Below, piece after piece: positions 11,071 to 22,807 of a stretch of DNA of 49,639 bases; position 1 is the first letter of the stretch, and each line of letters opens with the position of its first letter. The position numbers were made by a program, and so were the translations under genes. The DNA comes from Octopus bimaculoides. Lineage: Eukaryota. The notes beneath the pieces were generated by a model that saw only the letters and a list, made by a program, of their open reading frames with translations, was not told where the DNA came from and did no database searches. The stretch spans positions 46,126,214-46,175,852 of the forward strand of contig NC_068982.1 of assembly GCF_001194135.2 (NCBI RefSeq), in the 5' to 3' direction.

Positions 11071-11308
11071 GGCGGCGAGTTGGCAGAATCGTTAGCACGC
11101 CAGACAAAATGCTTAGCAACATTTCGCCCGTCTTTATGTTCTGAGTTCAAATTGCTTCTTATCATTTCGGGGTACTTATTTTATCGACTCTGAAAGAATG
11201 AAAGCGAAGTCAACCTCGGCAGAATTTGAACTCAGAACGTAAAGACGGAAAAAATGCCACCAAGCATTTTGCCCAGCGTTGCTAATGATTCTAGCAGCCC
11301 GTTACCTT
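11071..11308. mobile_element. Two 3'-truncated SINE C copies, tail-to-tail (+ 11071-11172, - 11173-11308)
   Basis: Head ggcggcgagttggcagaatcgttagc on +. Its reverse complement (gaatttgaactcagaacgtaaagac...gctaatgattctagcag) follows directly. Confidence 0.85.
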
Positions 11309-11439
11309 CGGAATATTTGCTCTTTATATCTAGCAGATGGAGTGACTGCAGAAAGGCCCTATTACTGGAGCCTGTGCTTTTATTATAAGAGGAGGCAGTG
11401 AAACGTTAAGAAATTAAAATAATATTGGTTGTAAATATT

Positions 11440-12480
11440 AGAAGAGAGTTAGGAATGGTAAAAGGTAAAACTAATAGTAAGGAACATGATTAAAGGGATC
11501 AATATCTGGGAAATTGCGATATTGAGATATTCTGTATTCTTTATTTCATTTGAAGAACAAAATGAATTGAGCAGACGTACAAGAAAGTTGTTAGCATTGC
11601 ACAATGTTTCAGCAATGAAGCAATGTTAATAGACTACATAAACAAAGAAAGCTATAAGGCAGAGGTTGTTCAATGTAATAAAAAAAAACCAGTAAACTTG
11701 GCAATTATTGCACTAGAGAGATAAGTTGGGAAGAAAAGTAATATGAAATTATTCGAGCAACGAAGAAGACGAATGCTGGGTACATAAAAGCAATGGATTA
11801 ACTGAAAGATGCAAGAGTAAAGAGTGAAACAGAAAACCAGATTATGGTTAAACAAGAGCAAATAATTAGAAGGTAAAAAAAGAACGTGTTAAAGTGAAAC
11901 TAGAAGCCAGAAAGTTCATGTCAGCTGTGTAGCAAAGTAATGAAACTGTCAGCAATACAACAATACGGTACAAAATAATGCGAAGAAGATATACTATAAA
12001 CATGACACAAATGAATTTAAAAGACAAAGGGGAAACAATACAGTGGGCAGTTAGTAAGACATCTCAAGTCAAAGTAGATAACAAAAAATGGCTCCATCAC
12101 CAGCCAAAATTGTAATTGAAAAGGACAGCCCTGAGATTTTGTTAGTTTTCTCTGCGCAAGCTGTCCATGTAACGTAGCCATTACAAAAACATATATGTTG
12201 ATAAAAGAGAAAGTGAAAAAGTTGAAGACAAAGAAACTAGTTATGCCTGTTTCGGTAAATAATAAATGCAAACAGCTCATGAAATGGATTAAGTTTTGAT
12301 GTCTTTCTTTAATGAAGAAGATGAGATTTTTTGAGGTTTGGGGCATGATAGTTCATCTGAGGTGAACGAAATTACAACCAATAAAAATAATATTATAGAT
12401 TTTGCTAAGCCGTATGATAACAGAACAGAACTAAATAAATAGAAACAGCTGTTATTCCTTTGGCTCCCTCAGGTTATCCC
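11440..12480 (+). pseudogene. R4/Dong-like (restriction-like endonuclease) non-LTR retrotransposon, C-terminal remnant
   Basis: Frameshifted motifs appear in the expected order: MIKGINIWEIAILRYS...ELSRRTRKLLALHN (from 11486), LKDARVKSETENQIMVKQEQ, SCQLCSK..ETV (CCHC), GETIQWAVSK...KKWLHHQP. Confidence 0.75.
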
Positions 12481-12500
12481 TAATAAGGCAGAGCTTTAAT

Positions 12501-12760
12501 CTAGAGCTCAACTATTTTTTACCAATGGGCCGCTTCGATTCCTATTTTACACGAGTGAACAACGCCCTCACGACCATTTGGCATTTAAAAAAATCCCAGT
12601 ATATTTTTATAATTAAATATTATTAGGAATCGTATAAAAAAAACATTGTTAAAATGTTTTGAATATTGTAGAAGTATAACCAATTTGCAAAACAATATTT
12701 TAACATCAAAATCTTATATGGACCCCTAAAGGTCATGTGAACCTCGGTTGAGAACCACTG
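12501..12760. mobile_element. Probable hAT-derived MITE
   Basis: The right end ggacccctaaaggtcatgtgaacctcggttgagaaccactg is the reverse complement of a CAGTGGTTCTCAACC-type hAT terminus. The left end is degenerate (ctagagctcaactattttttacc). Confidence 0.5.
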
Positions 12761-13374
12761 CTTTGATCGAAGGCATTCCAGCAGCAAACTATCTCATTTA
12801 TTCGTCAAACGTAGTATATTTAAGACAATATTTGTCTACATAGTATATTTAAGACAGTATTTGTCGACTAATTTTAGAATTCGAGCGGCTACGAAGGGGT
12901 TCCTGTATTAATTCGCAAACAGAAAAGATTAAAAAGTAATGAGTCTTAGCTGGGAATCTGCGAAACATCGTTATCTCAGTTATTTTATCAATCCTGAGAA
13001 CAACATCAAAGACAAATGTTCAAGGCAAGACTCGAGAAACTGTAATCCTCTATTTTCCAAGACAACTCCCATCCTCTGCATGACAAACAATACAGATGAT
13101 ACAGATAGCGATTGGTATCATTTATTAATATTCATTATATAACTATGGTTGTATACCATGGTCCTTCAAGGCTGTCAATCCCCAGTGTTCAATGCCTACA
13201 TTCCGAATTACACTGTTGGACCGAACGTCAGCTCCATTTCTTATTTCTTGGTACAACGTTAAATCCATTGTTCAAGTCATATAGCAGAATCTTCTCGCAT
13301 CGTACGACTACATCTCTCATCAATCAGCGGAAGCCCCAATGCGTGCTATTATTAAACCCTACCCCCACCCCGCG

Positions 13375-13596
13375 AAGGTCACGAGCTGGCAGAATCGTTA
13401 GCACGCTGGGCAAAATGCTTAGCGGCATTTCATTCGTCCTTAAGTTCTGAGTTCAATTTCCGCCGAGGCAGACTTTGCCTTTCATCTTTTCGGAGTCGAT
13501 AAAATAAGTAGCAGTTGAGCACTGGGATCGATTTAATCGACTATCTCCGTCCTCCAAATTTCAGGCCTCGTGCTTATAGTAGAAAGGATTATTATT
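13375..13596 (+). mobile_element. Full-length SINE C
   Basis: Head gagctggcagaatcgttagc, B box gagttcaatttcc, tail gcttatagtagaaaggattattatt. Confidence 0.9.
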
Positions 13597-13600
13597 TTGT

Positions 13601-13842
13601 AAGGTAGTGCCTGGCAGAATCGTTAGCATGCTGGGAAATATGCTTAGCGGCATTTCGTTCATCTTCACGTTCTGAATTCAAATTTCGCAGAGGTAAACTT
13701 TGTGTTTCATCCGTTCGCGGTCGATTAAATAAGTACCAGTTAAGCACTGGGGTCGATGTAATCGACTTACCGCCTCCCAAAATTTCCGGCCCTTTGCCTA
13801 TAGTAGAAAGGATTATTATTATTATTATTATTATTATTATTT
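13601..13842 (+). mobile_element. Full-length SINE C inserted at the tail of the previous copy
   Basis: Same structure with an (ATT)n tail. Flanked by ATTATTTTGT at 13591-13600 and 13836-13845 (probable TSD). Confidence 0.9.
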
Positions 13843-14695
13843 TGTGCCAAAATCTGAAATCATTATTAATCTCCGACCATACTACCAATGACTGCGTTGA
13901 CCAGGAGGACATCTCAAAATTTAAGCGGATATTATCAGGTCTGACTTTATTGCTTTAAATCGGATTTTATGCTTATAGCCTTCAGCGATAGAACAGTGAA
14001 TGGCTTGAGAGCATACAGGAGGCAACGGACATGGCAATCCGGCATGCAACCTCAGTACTGGCGGGGTGGGGGACAAGTCAAGCTAATAAATTAGTGGCGA
14101 GAAATAATCATTAAAAACAATTCAGAGAAAAAGTCCATTAAAGTACAGGGATTGAATCCAACATCGATTCACTGTGTATTTTATTATGGCAAATTCAGTA
14201 AGATATGGTTTTGGGCTCAATCATTTTGTTTTGTGGTTGCGTAATCTTGTGTTCCGTTCCATTGCACAATTCCTTAGGAAAATGTCTTTTAGAGTAACCT
14301 TGAGTTGCTACCAGAAGATTTTATGGAAAATTTGTTGGAGGAAGAGACGAAAACAACGTGGAAGTCAGTAATAGGCATATATGTATATGAATGTAGATTG
14401 ATTTGTATGTATCTGTGCATGTGCGTGTGCTTGCATGCATTCTCGTGTATCAACGATGGAAGAGTGAACAAAAGTCTGTGAGCCGAAAATTATTTTGTGG
14501 CATTTATTCCAAGATATGTCCCTTTACATTTACACCAGTGTGAACTTGACAATTTCGCCTCCTATAATTTAGATAAAAGTGCACCACTAAAATCTTTGAA
14601 GCTGGTGGCCCGACATAGCTGCAGCCACCACAGGATATCGTAAAAACAATTCATAAACAAATATAGTAAAAACAATAGATAAATAAATGAATGAA

Positions 14696-15078
14696 TTGTT
14701 GGCGCTCCGTCGCTTACGACGTCGAATGTTCCAGTTGATCCGATCAACAGAACAGCCTGCTCGTGAAATTAACGTGCAAGTGGCTGAGCACTCCACAGAC
14801 ACGTGGAGTAGTTCTCGGGGATATTCAGCGTGACACAGTGTGACAAGGCTGACCCTTTGAATTACAGGCACAACAGAAACAGGAAGTAAGAGTGAGAGAA
14901 AGTTGTGGTGAAAGAGTACAGCAAGGTTCGCCACCATCCCCTACCGGAGCCTCTTGGAGCTTTAGCTGTTTTCGCTCAATAAACACTCATAACGCCTGGT
15001 CTGGGAATCGAAACCACGATCCTATGACCGCGAGTCCGCTGCCCTAACCATTGGGCCATTGGGCCATTGCGCCTCCAC
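14696..15078 (-). mobile_element. Full-length SINE B
   Basis: Reverse complement closely matches 5559-5945 along its length, with an extra ttgggcca duplication in the head. Confidence 0.92.
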
Positions 15079-15496
15079 AAATAAATACATAAATAGACGG
15101 AAAATGATTCTGTGCAGAATTGAAGCCGTTCAGCAAAAGTTTTGCGAAATGTGATAAATCGTGCTCCGCAACACTTCATTTTGTTCTGCATCTCACTACG
15201 ACTCAATGTCCAAAATGTTAGAAGCCGTTGTATACGGATCTTGGCCTTCTTAGATGAATTGTATTAACTCTTTCACTGCAGAAATCAGATATATCCACTC
15301 AAAATCTCCTCACCGTTAACTACAAAAAGCATTTTTCCATACCAATTTATCCTTCGTTGAGGAATGTCATGTTTGTAATTGTTTTCCGCTGAGATATGTT
15401 AAGTTTATTGAGGCAACGTGACTAACAGAGAATACTTTTTAGATTTTTCCTTTTTAGATATTTAATATTATTACTAGAATAAAATCCTTCACGAGT

Positions 15497-15726
15497 CATA
15501 TGAATTTAAAAGGCCAGTTCCCCGGTTTCCATGGCATATATATTCCTCACCTGGACAGGATGCCGGTCTTTCGCAGGATTACTCATTTTTGCCAGCTGAG
15601 TCGACTGGAGCAACGTGAAATGAATTTCTTTTTGCTCAGGAACACAACGCATCGCCCGGTCCAGAAATCGAAACCACATTCTTACGATCATGAGTCCAAC
15701 ACCCTAACCCCTAAGACATGTACCTC
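15497..15726 (-). mobile_element. tRNA/CORE SINE with a family A head and a different tail (tail Y)
   Basis: The reverse complement has the same head and CORE-like block as 555-874 (ttcacgttgctccagtcgactcagctggcaaaaatgagta). It then continues atcctgcgaaagaccggcatcctgtccaggtgagg instead of tail X. Confidence 0.8.
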
Positions 15727-16255
15727 TATCATTACCATGAGAAAACTAAAGTTGAACCAAATAGGTATGAAAAGAAATAATAGCATCAGCGGAGGACTAA
15801 TATTTTATTCATTATTTTCAATATAGGAAACAAATTCGAACATGCTTCAGCCATTTTTGGTATCATCTACAGAAGTTTAGCATTGCTGTAACTTGTCGAA
15901 ATGTTAGCGAAAGAATTTCTAATTAAATAATCAGATACATTATTTTGCAGGCATAGGGAAACAGAATGTCGGAAAATTTAAAAAGAAATTCTGAGACGCC
16001 ATACCCATGATAAAATAATATATAAGTAGGTGAAACAATAATTAACACATGGTAATTGAAAAACTAAAGATAAATATAAGCGATTAGAGACGGAGGAAAA
16101 CCCATATAATTCGGTGACTAATATCATTTTTGCATTTATCGTCGAGTACTGGAGACAGGTTGGTTTGTTCTCAATATAAGAGATTGCCATTAATATTGCA
16201 TGATGAAAAGCATACGTTTACATCTGACATGGTAATGCAGACAGATGCGCGCACA

Positions 16256-16287
16256 CACACCAACACATACACGCACACACACACACA

Positions 16288-16370
<83 letters not shown>
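16256..16370. repeat. (CA)n microsatellite
   Basis: Long dinucleotide run. Confidence 0.97.
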
Positions 16371-16372
<2 letters not shown>

Positions 16373-16799
16373 CAAGGTATGTATGCTTGAAAATGTGAGT
16401 GGTAAGCGTAAAGTGTATTTTGGTTTAACATCACCACTGCCATCACCACCAACACCACAAAGACTGCTGCTACCATTACCACCACCAAAGCCAACACCAC
16501 TAACATCAGCACCGCAACCACTACAACCGTTACTATCCAGCAATAAAGCCTGTATGTGGTCGCATTATCGGCTAGAAATGACAACCAAATCTATTTGAAA
16601 TTACACAAATTTACAGCCGCAGAAAGTGGTTGATATATATCACACACTGGTCTCTGATTCTCCTAAGGCAATCTTTGTTTTGCTTTGTTGGTATTTGAAC
16701 TCGCTTCCTTCTGTTTCCTTCCCACCTGAGGATTTTTCTGCTACCTTTAACCTGAGGATGTAGAGGTCAGGTTTCGGTTGCAAATAACCTTTCTTACCA

Positions 16800-16935
16800 G
16801 CTGTGTTGTTACGAACTTCGGTTCGCAACCACGTGAGGCACTTCGGGTAAGTATCTTCTACATGGACTCCGAGCTGACCAATATCTTTCAAGTGAATTTG
16901 GTAGACTGGAACTGTGTTGAAGATTGCAGTGTGTT
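16800..16935 (+). mobile_element. Diverged 5' part of SINE family D
   Basis: ggcacttcgggtaagtatcttctac...gagctgaccaa...gtgaatttggtagactggaact aligns with the reverse complement of 26160-26290. Confidence 0.6.
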
Positions 16936-17017
16936 AGTATATATACATATACATTCGTACATATCTACATATAGGTAGATAAATAGATAGATATAGATAT
17001 AGATAGAACGATAAACT

Positions 17018-17066
<49 letters not shown>

Positions 17067-17289
17067 GTTGATAGATATGCTTATGTGAGTGCGCATTTCT
17101 GTTTTTATCGTTTCTGCAACACCTGTTCACAACTGCTGTTGATTTGTTTATGTCTCCCTAATTAGCAGTTAAGCAAATGAGCACGATAAAGAACCAAAAA
17201 AAAAAAAAGACAACAACAACATTATACTACGATCGATTAGGTCGACTAAAGATTTCAAGACTGTGCAAGGACATGCCAGAGGTCCATTG

Positions 17290-17790
17290 ACAAAAAGCAG
17301 CACTCCGTGCGGACTTTTAGCTGCCTTCGGCGGAGGGCTAATTGGGCTTCCATACCAAAACTAAACTGAGCTAAATAGTATGTTTATAATACATCTATAA
17401 TGATTATATGCCCCGGTGGTGTTTAATCAGCGGTTAAGGACGAATAAGAATTAATTCTCTGATGCAATCATTCTATTGTTCCAGTCCCAAGTTGAATTCT
17501 CAAAGTTTATATCTCGACGTCAAATTAACGAAGCAAATGTCGTTTATCTCACCCTTGATATCTGACGTCATCTGACAAACGCCAAAGTGGCGAGAATCAG
17601 CTAAGCTTTACCTGCTAGAAATAGCAGCCCAAATGCTTTTAAATCAGATCCCAAGGCTTTAAGATGAAGAGCCAAATGAAGAGCAGATCTTCAATACTGG
17701 GATCATCCTGATTCCCAAAAGGTTTAATATGTCTGTGTAAAGTAAATGTAAACTGAGATACAGAGGTCCCAGGCGGACTTTCGCTTTTAT
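17290..17790 (+). mobile_element. Interspersed repeat, copy 1, possibly a Helitron/Helentron-type non-autonomous element
   Basis: Colinear with 27905-28628 (cggagggctaattgggc...ccagtcccaagttgaattct...ctgacgtcatctgacaaacgcc...tttcgcttttatta). The 3' end cggac...ttcgcttttattattctagat resembles DINE-1/HINE-like ends. Confidence 0.6.
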
Positions 17791-17995
17791 TATTCTAGAT
17801 CAAATTTAGTAAATATAAAAACATTGTACATAATATACAATACATGCAACTCCAGCTGCAGTGCGCGCCTTTTACTCCCACAATCCAGGAGTTCAAGTTA
17901 TTGAAAGAATGTATGTATGTGTGTGTGTGTGTGGGGGGGGTATGTGTGTGTGTGTGTGTATGTGCGCGCGCACGTGTGTATCTATATCTATGTAT

Positions 17996-18111
17996 AAATT
18001 TTGATCAACAAACAAACTGACCAATATTAGTTTATTTTTTACGTTATGTTTTATATTAAAAAATAATTAACCGATGCTGGTCAATTTGTTTGTTTGTTTA
18101 TCAAAAGTTTT
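17996..18111. repeat. Small imperfect palindrome (MITE-like)
   Basis: ttttgatcaacaaacaaactgacca ... tggtcaatttgtttgtttgtttatcaaaa. Confidence 0.65.
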
Positions 18112-18329
18112 CTCCATTTTCTGCTTATTTAAATTTGATTCCTGATAAACTTTTGTTTATTCTGTTATTACCTGTACCCTACGAGCATTGTGTGCTTGCA
18201 TATCCATGCCCAGGGTTATAGGTAAATGATACCGGTAGTGAGAATGGATATTCTTATCCTTTAGACAGGTTTTCCAACCGCTCTCTACTTACCTTTTATA
18301 TATCTACGTGTATATATATATATATATAT

Positions 18330-18520
18330 GGGAGAATATACAAATAATAACAACAGACGAGGACAGGTGGTGTAAATAACAAAAGTATATATTAGTATGA
18401 CGCTCGGGAATACGGAAAGTCTTTGACGTTTCGAGCTACGCTCTTCAACAGAAAGAATACGGAGACAAGGAGAAAAACACGGAGAAAAAAAATTGAATAG
18501 TGTTCAGTCAACGGTCAATC
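18330..18520 (-). mobile_element. Penelope-type terminal repeat between (TA)n tracts
   Basis: Carries the minimal HHR listed next. Homologous to 3225-3408 and 42935-43130. Confidence 0.7.
18420..18455 (-). ncRNA. Minimal type I hammerhead ribozyme with variant core CUGUUGA
   Basis: UCUUU-CUGUUGA-a-GAGC gua GCUC-GAAA-CGU-C/AAAGA: 5-bp stem I, 4-bp stem II, palindromic ACGU stem III, GUC site. A6 is replaced by U. Confidence 0.7.
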
Positions 18521-18549
18521 ATAATAATAATGCGTTATATATATAAATA

Positions 18550-18584
<35 letters not shown>

Positions 18585-18716
18585 CATATATACATATACA
18601 CATGTACATACACATACACATACAGACACACACTATATATATATACATATATATTTACATTTATATATATGTAAATATATGTATATATAACTATATATAT
18701 ATAATAATGTGTGTGC

Positions 18717-18754
<38 letters not shown>

Positions 18755-18844
18755 AGATGTATATGTGTGCATGTGTATATAGACACACAAACGTAAATAC
18801 ATACATACATGCATACATACATACATGCATACATACATACATAT

Positions 18845-18900
18845 GTTGCTCCAGCATGGCCACAGTCAAATGACTGAAACAAGTAAATGAATAAAAGAGT
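18845..18900 (+). mobile_element. SINE D 3' end
   Basis: gctccagcatggccacagtcaaatgactgaaacaagtaaatgaataaaagag. Confidence 0.8.
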
Positions 18901-19394
18901 ATATATAGAGAGTGGCCCAAAATCACGCACCAAAGCATTTGACATTTTATTTATATTACATAATAATTATTATTGAGTTTGTTCATCATGTACCAGTACA
19001 TGTGTATTCATCGTTATTTTATTTATTGTATTAAATTTTTGAAGCATGTCTTTGACAATTTCAGAGCGCACTGAACTTAATTTGTGCGTGACTTTTAGCT
19101 CACTCTGTGCGTATATATATATATATATATATACATTACAGCAGATTCACATTTGACGGTTATCGTAAATATAAATATAAATAACACTTTGAATCGACTA
19201 TTTTGTTTCGGAAGAATTTTAATCATTTGTAGTTATTAGCATGTGATACCCTTAATTGGTGAATGAATGAATATATCATACGTTAAGATAGCGGGAGAGA
19301 TAACTATAGAGAATAGCAGATAGAGAGATAGATGGAGAGAGAAATAGAGAGGCAGTTAGATGAATAGATAGATAGACAGTTACAGAGAGGGAGG

Positions 19395-19395
<1 letters not shown>

Positions 19396-19480
<85 letters not shown>

Positions 19481-19505
19481 GAGAGAGAGAGAAAGAGAAA
19501 GAGAG
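19396..19505. repeat. (GA)n microsatellite
   Basis: Long dinucleotide run. Confidence 0.95.
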
Positions 19506-20184
19506 AGTGAAAAACAGACATATATATAGAGAGAAGGAGATAATGCAAAAAGGATTAGAAATTATAATGTGAAAGAAAACGTTAAAGAATAACACGTTTC
19601 AGTCACTGAACTGCGGCGATACTGAGTTACCGCTTTGAAGGGCTTAATCGAAGAAATGGAGGCCAGTATTTAATTTTCTCTTTTAAAGCCTGGCACCTAT
19701 TTTATTCTTGCAATCGCAAAAGCAGTCATGATGATAACACTTCTATACAATTTCGTAACGCAACAAGTTACAGTGCATTGAGTGGAATATAATAAATGAG
19801 ACCTGTATCTCGTCAGTTCGTAGTGCCTCCTTTTCCAAAGGGTGATGCTGAAGAGGAGATAACCACACCGAAATGCACGCATCAGTCTGGTTAGAGAGCG
19901 CTTCAAAGCGATTCAGTGTGTTTACACTTATTTGGTTACAACGATAATTATTTTTCTCCGTGATAAAATATAGTGAATCGTTATCTTACGAATTCGAATA
20001 TGTCACAAGCGTATCTGAACATTATATTTGAAGTTTATATCTGAAGTTTATATTTGTGCGCATCACTGCCTAGCTCTTCTAATCCGCATCCTGTAATAAT
20101 GAACGCAGAATAGTTTAAATATGAAGTAATTTAGGCGCCGAATCATGGAAAAAGCAATAATTTAATTGGCGTTAACATCCTTAA

Positions 20185-20270
20185 AAGGCGGCGAGCTGCC
20201 AGAATCGTTAGAATCTGACAAAGTGCCTAAAAGCTTTTCTTCCGATTTTTTACATTCTGATTTCAAATCT
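20185..20270 (+). mobile_element. Diverged SINE C head
   Basis: aaggcggcgagctgccagaatcgttag...ttacattctgatttcaaat. Confidence 0.7.
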
Positions 20271-21051
20271 TATAATAATCAATGATAAACTTTATTGATT
20301 TCATTTCTCAGGTAATTAAGGGGGACAACTAGGAATTGTTTGAGTTTTATTCTAACCTCCTCGGCGGAACATGGCCTTCAGCACATTTGCCGAAATGGTG
20401 AAAATGGATTCACTACTTAAAAACTTGTATGTGGTATAGCTTGCGTTTAGGAGAAACGTGACCATAAAAGATAAATAAAAAGAGAAGATGGCGTGGCAGG
20501 TATAACTAAAATATTGATTCAATAAAGAAGAGAAAATATATAGGAAGTTAAAAAGAAATTATTGACGGATGTAGGAAAAATGGAAGATCAGAAAGGAAAT
20601 TGAAGAGATATTATTCATAGATGTAGAAACAAAATTAAAAAAGACAGGACAGCATATAGTGATTAATAGATGAACGATTTAAGAAAACAGGAAGAGAGAA
20701 AGATTGCGAGCGAATCTGGATACAGAGAACCTGATAGGAAAACGAAACAGGTGAATATGAGTAAATTCTTTAAAAACAATCGAAATATGTAAAAGAGGAA
20801 GGAGGAGGTGAAGAGAGGAGGAGAAGGAAATGTCTTCATTTTATAACTTGAAAAAGTTGTTTTTTTTTTTTCACCTGAAGGAAATGTTTTAAAAACAATC
20901 ACGGTAGCAGGTTAACAAATGTTAATTCCAAATGTGACAGATACATTAATTCACACTCGTTCCCCCCACCCCGCATCCTCGCTCTGATGAATGTAGTTCG
21001 AGTATTTCAATACATTTGTGAGTATTTATGTCTCTTATACATATATCTCAG

Positions 21052-21159
21052 ACGTTGCTAAAGGTGAAATAACTGTGAAGATTTTAATGGAAAAGATTTT
21101 TGACATTTTATTTACCAATATGAGACAGAAAACAAGTGAACTGTCGAGACATGAAGAAA
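21052..21159 (+). other. Candidate 108-nt coding exon (phase 1-1), gene unknown
   Basis: Acceptor atatctcag ends at 21051 and donor gtatgt starts at 21160. Open frame VAKGEITVKILMEKIFDILFTNMRQKTSELSRHEE; the length is a multiple of 3. Confidence 0.45.
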
Positions 21160-22081
21160 GTATGTATGGCTAGAAGGGATACTTCATTTCATATTACACA
21201 ACGGAGCGTCTATCATTCTCATTGACTCAAAATTAAAGAAAATGTTTGTTTTCTCTATTTTATGAATAATGTTTAAATTAAATGAGTAAGATGATTCATC
21301 GTTCGCTTAGCACTAGGAAGGTCCGTTATTAAACAAGATGACGTCTCAACCCCATTTTCGATGTTTACAACGAAAAATAGTGCAGTATAAGGCATATTTT
21401 CAACTGGTCCGTTTCCCATTTCAACCCTAAATTGATAGTTCATTTCAGAACCGAAAACAGATCACTAAGCTTTTGCACTGGATGAATTACAAAAACAGCA
21501 CAATCACAACATAAAATCTCGAATCCCTTACACGCATACACACACACTCCTCACTCACACACGTATGTTCGTGTGTATGAGACGGAGTGTGTCCTATGTA
21601 TATCTACGTATATATGTATATGTATACTTATATATATGTATATTTATATATCTACCTATATACATAATATATTATATATATATANNNNNNNNNNNNNNNN
21701 NNNNNNNNNNNNNNNNNNNNNNNNNNNNNNNNNNNNNNNNNNNNNNNNNNNNNNNNNNNNNNNNNNNNNNNNNNNNNNNNNNNNNNNNNNNNNNNNNNNN
21801 NNNNNNNNNNNNNNNNNNNNNNNNNNNNNNNNNNNNNNNNNNNNNNNNNNNNNNNNNNNNNNNNNNNNNNNNNNNNNNNNNNNNNNNNNNNNNNNNNNNN
21901 NNNNNNNNNNNNNNNNNNNNNNNNNNNNNNNNNNNNNNNNNNNNNNNNNNNNNNNNNNNNNNNNNNNNNNNNNNNNNNNNNNNNNNNNNNNNNNNNNNNN
22001 NNNNNNNNNNNNNNNNNNNNNNNNNNNNNNNNNNNNNNNNNNNNNNNNNNNNNNNNNNNNNNNNNNNNNNNNNNNNNNNNN

Positions 22082-22159
<78 letters not shown>

Positions 22160-22454
22160 GCGCACATGCACCCGCGCACACACAAACACGCGTGCGCGTG
22201 CACACACATATAATAACCGATATAGATGCTGATTGGCTGGTTGGTTGGTTTCTGTAGTCACATTTTACTTCGCATATATGAACAGAGATTTAACATAGGA
22301 AGCACAGGATGAGTGCATATACAAAAAGGCTTGGTGGGAGGCAGACAATAAAGCAAAGCTACAAACACTCACGCTGAAAGAATCGAAGAGATTGGAGAAG
22401 AGAAAGAGAGGGAATAAATTTATACTTTATGGGTGGAGTGAAATAAGTAATTTG

Positions 22455-22552
22455 TTTACTCTTTACTCTTTTACTTGTTTCAGTCATTTGACTGCGGCCA
22501 TGCTGGAGCACCGCCTTTAGTCGAGGAAATCGACCCCAGGACTTATTCTTTG
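22455..22552 (-). mobile_element. SINE D 3' end
   Basis: ttttacttgtttcagtcatttgactgcggccatgctggagcaccgcctttagtcgaggaaatcgaccccaggacttattc. Confidence 0.88.
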
Positions 22553-22807
22553 GAAGGTTTTCTCTAGTAGATTTTATAACTTTTGGTATAATCTCAGCTA
22601 AATTCTAAATTTCAGAGTTTATATCTTCATTTGCAAGTTTTCCGTCTGTAGACTGTTTTTCTATTTCTTTTAATACCCACACACACAGACACATATATAT
22701 TGTTGTATTTGGGGATGGTCATGTTGCGAGTTTAGCCAATGTAAACACACGCACTTATATATTTGGTGTTCACTTGCTTCAGATTTATTTTATATTAATC
22801 TTATTTC

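Noticed and set aside
12810-12870. Short local tandem duplications (29 bp here; also about 26370-26402, 33880-33915, 34495-34530)
   Set aside because: Two- to three-copy slippage duplications with no further structure.
16720-16790. Two CTGAGGA motifs close together
   Set aside because: No GAAA/stem arrangement follows on that strand, and I could not fold an HDV-like ribozyme here by eye.
20984-21005. CTGATGA motif
   Set aside because: No downstream GAAA or stems. The same applies to 4144-4150 (inside the transposase), 7231-7240 and 19810-19816.
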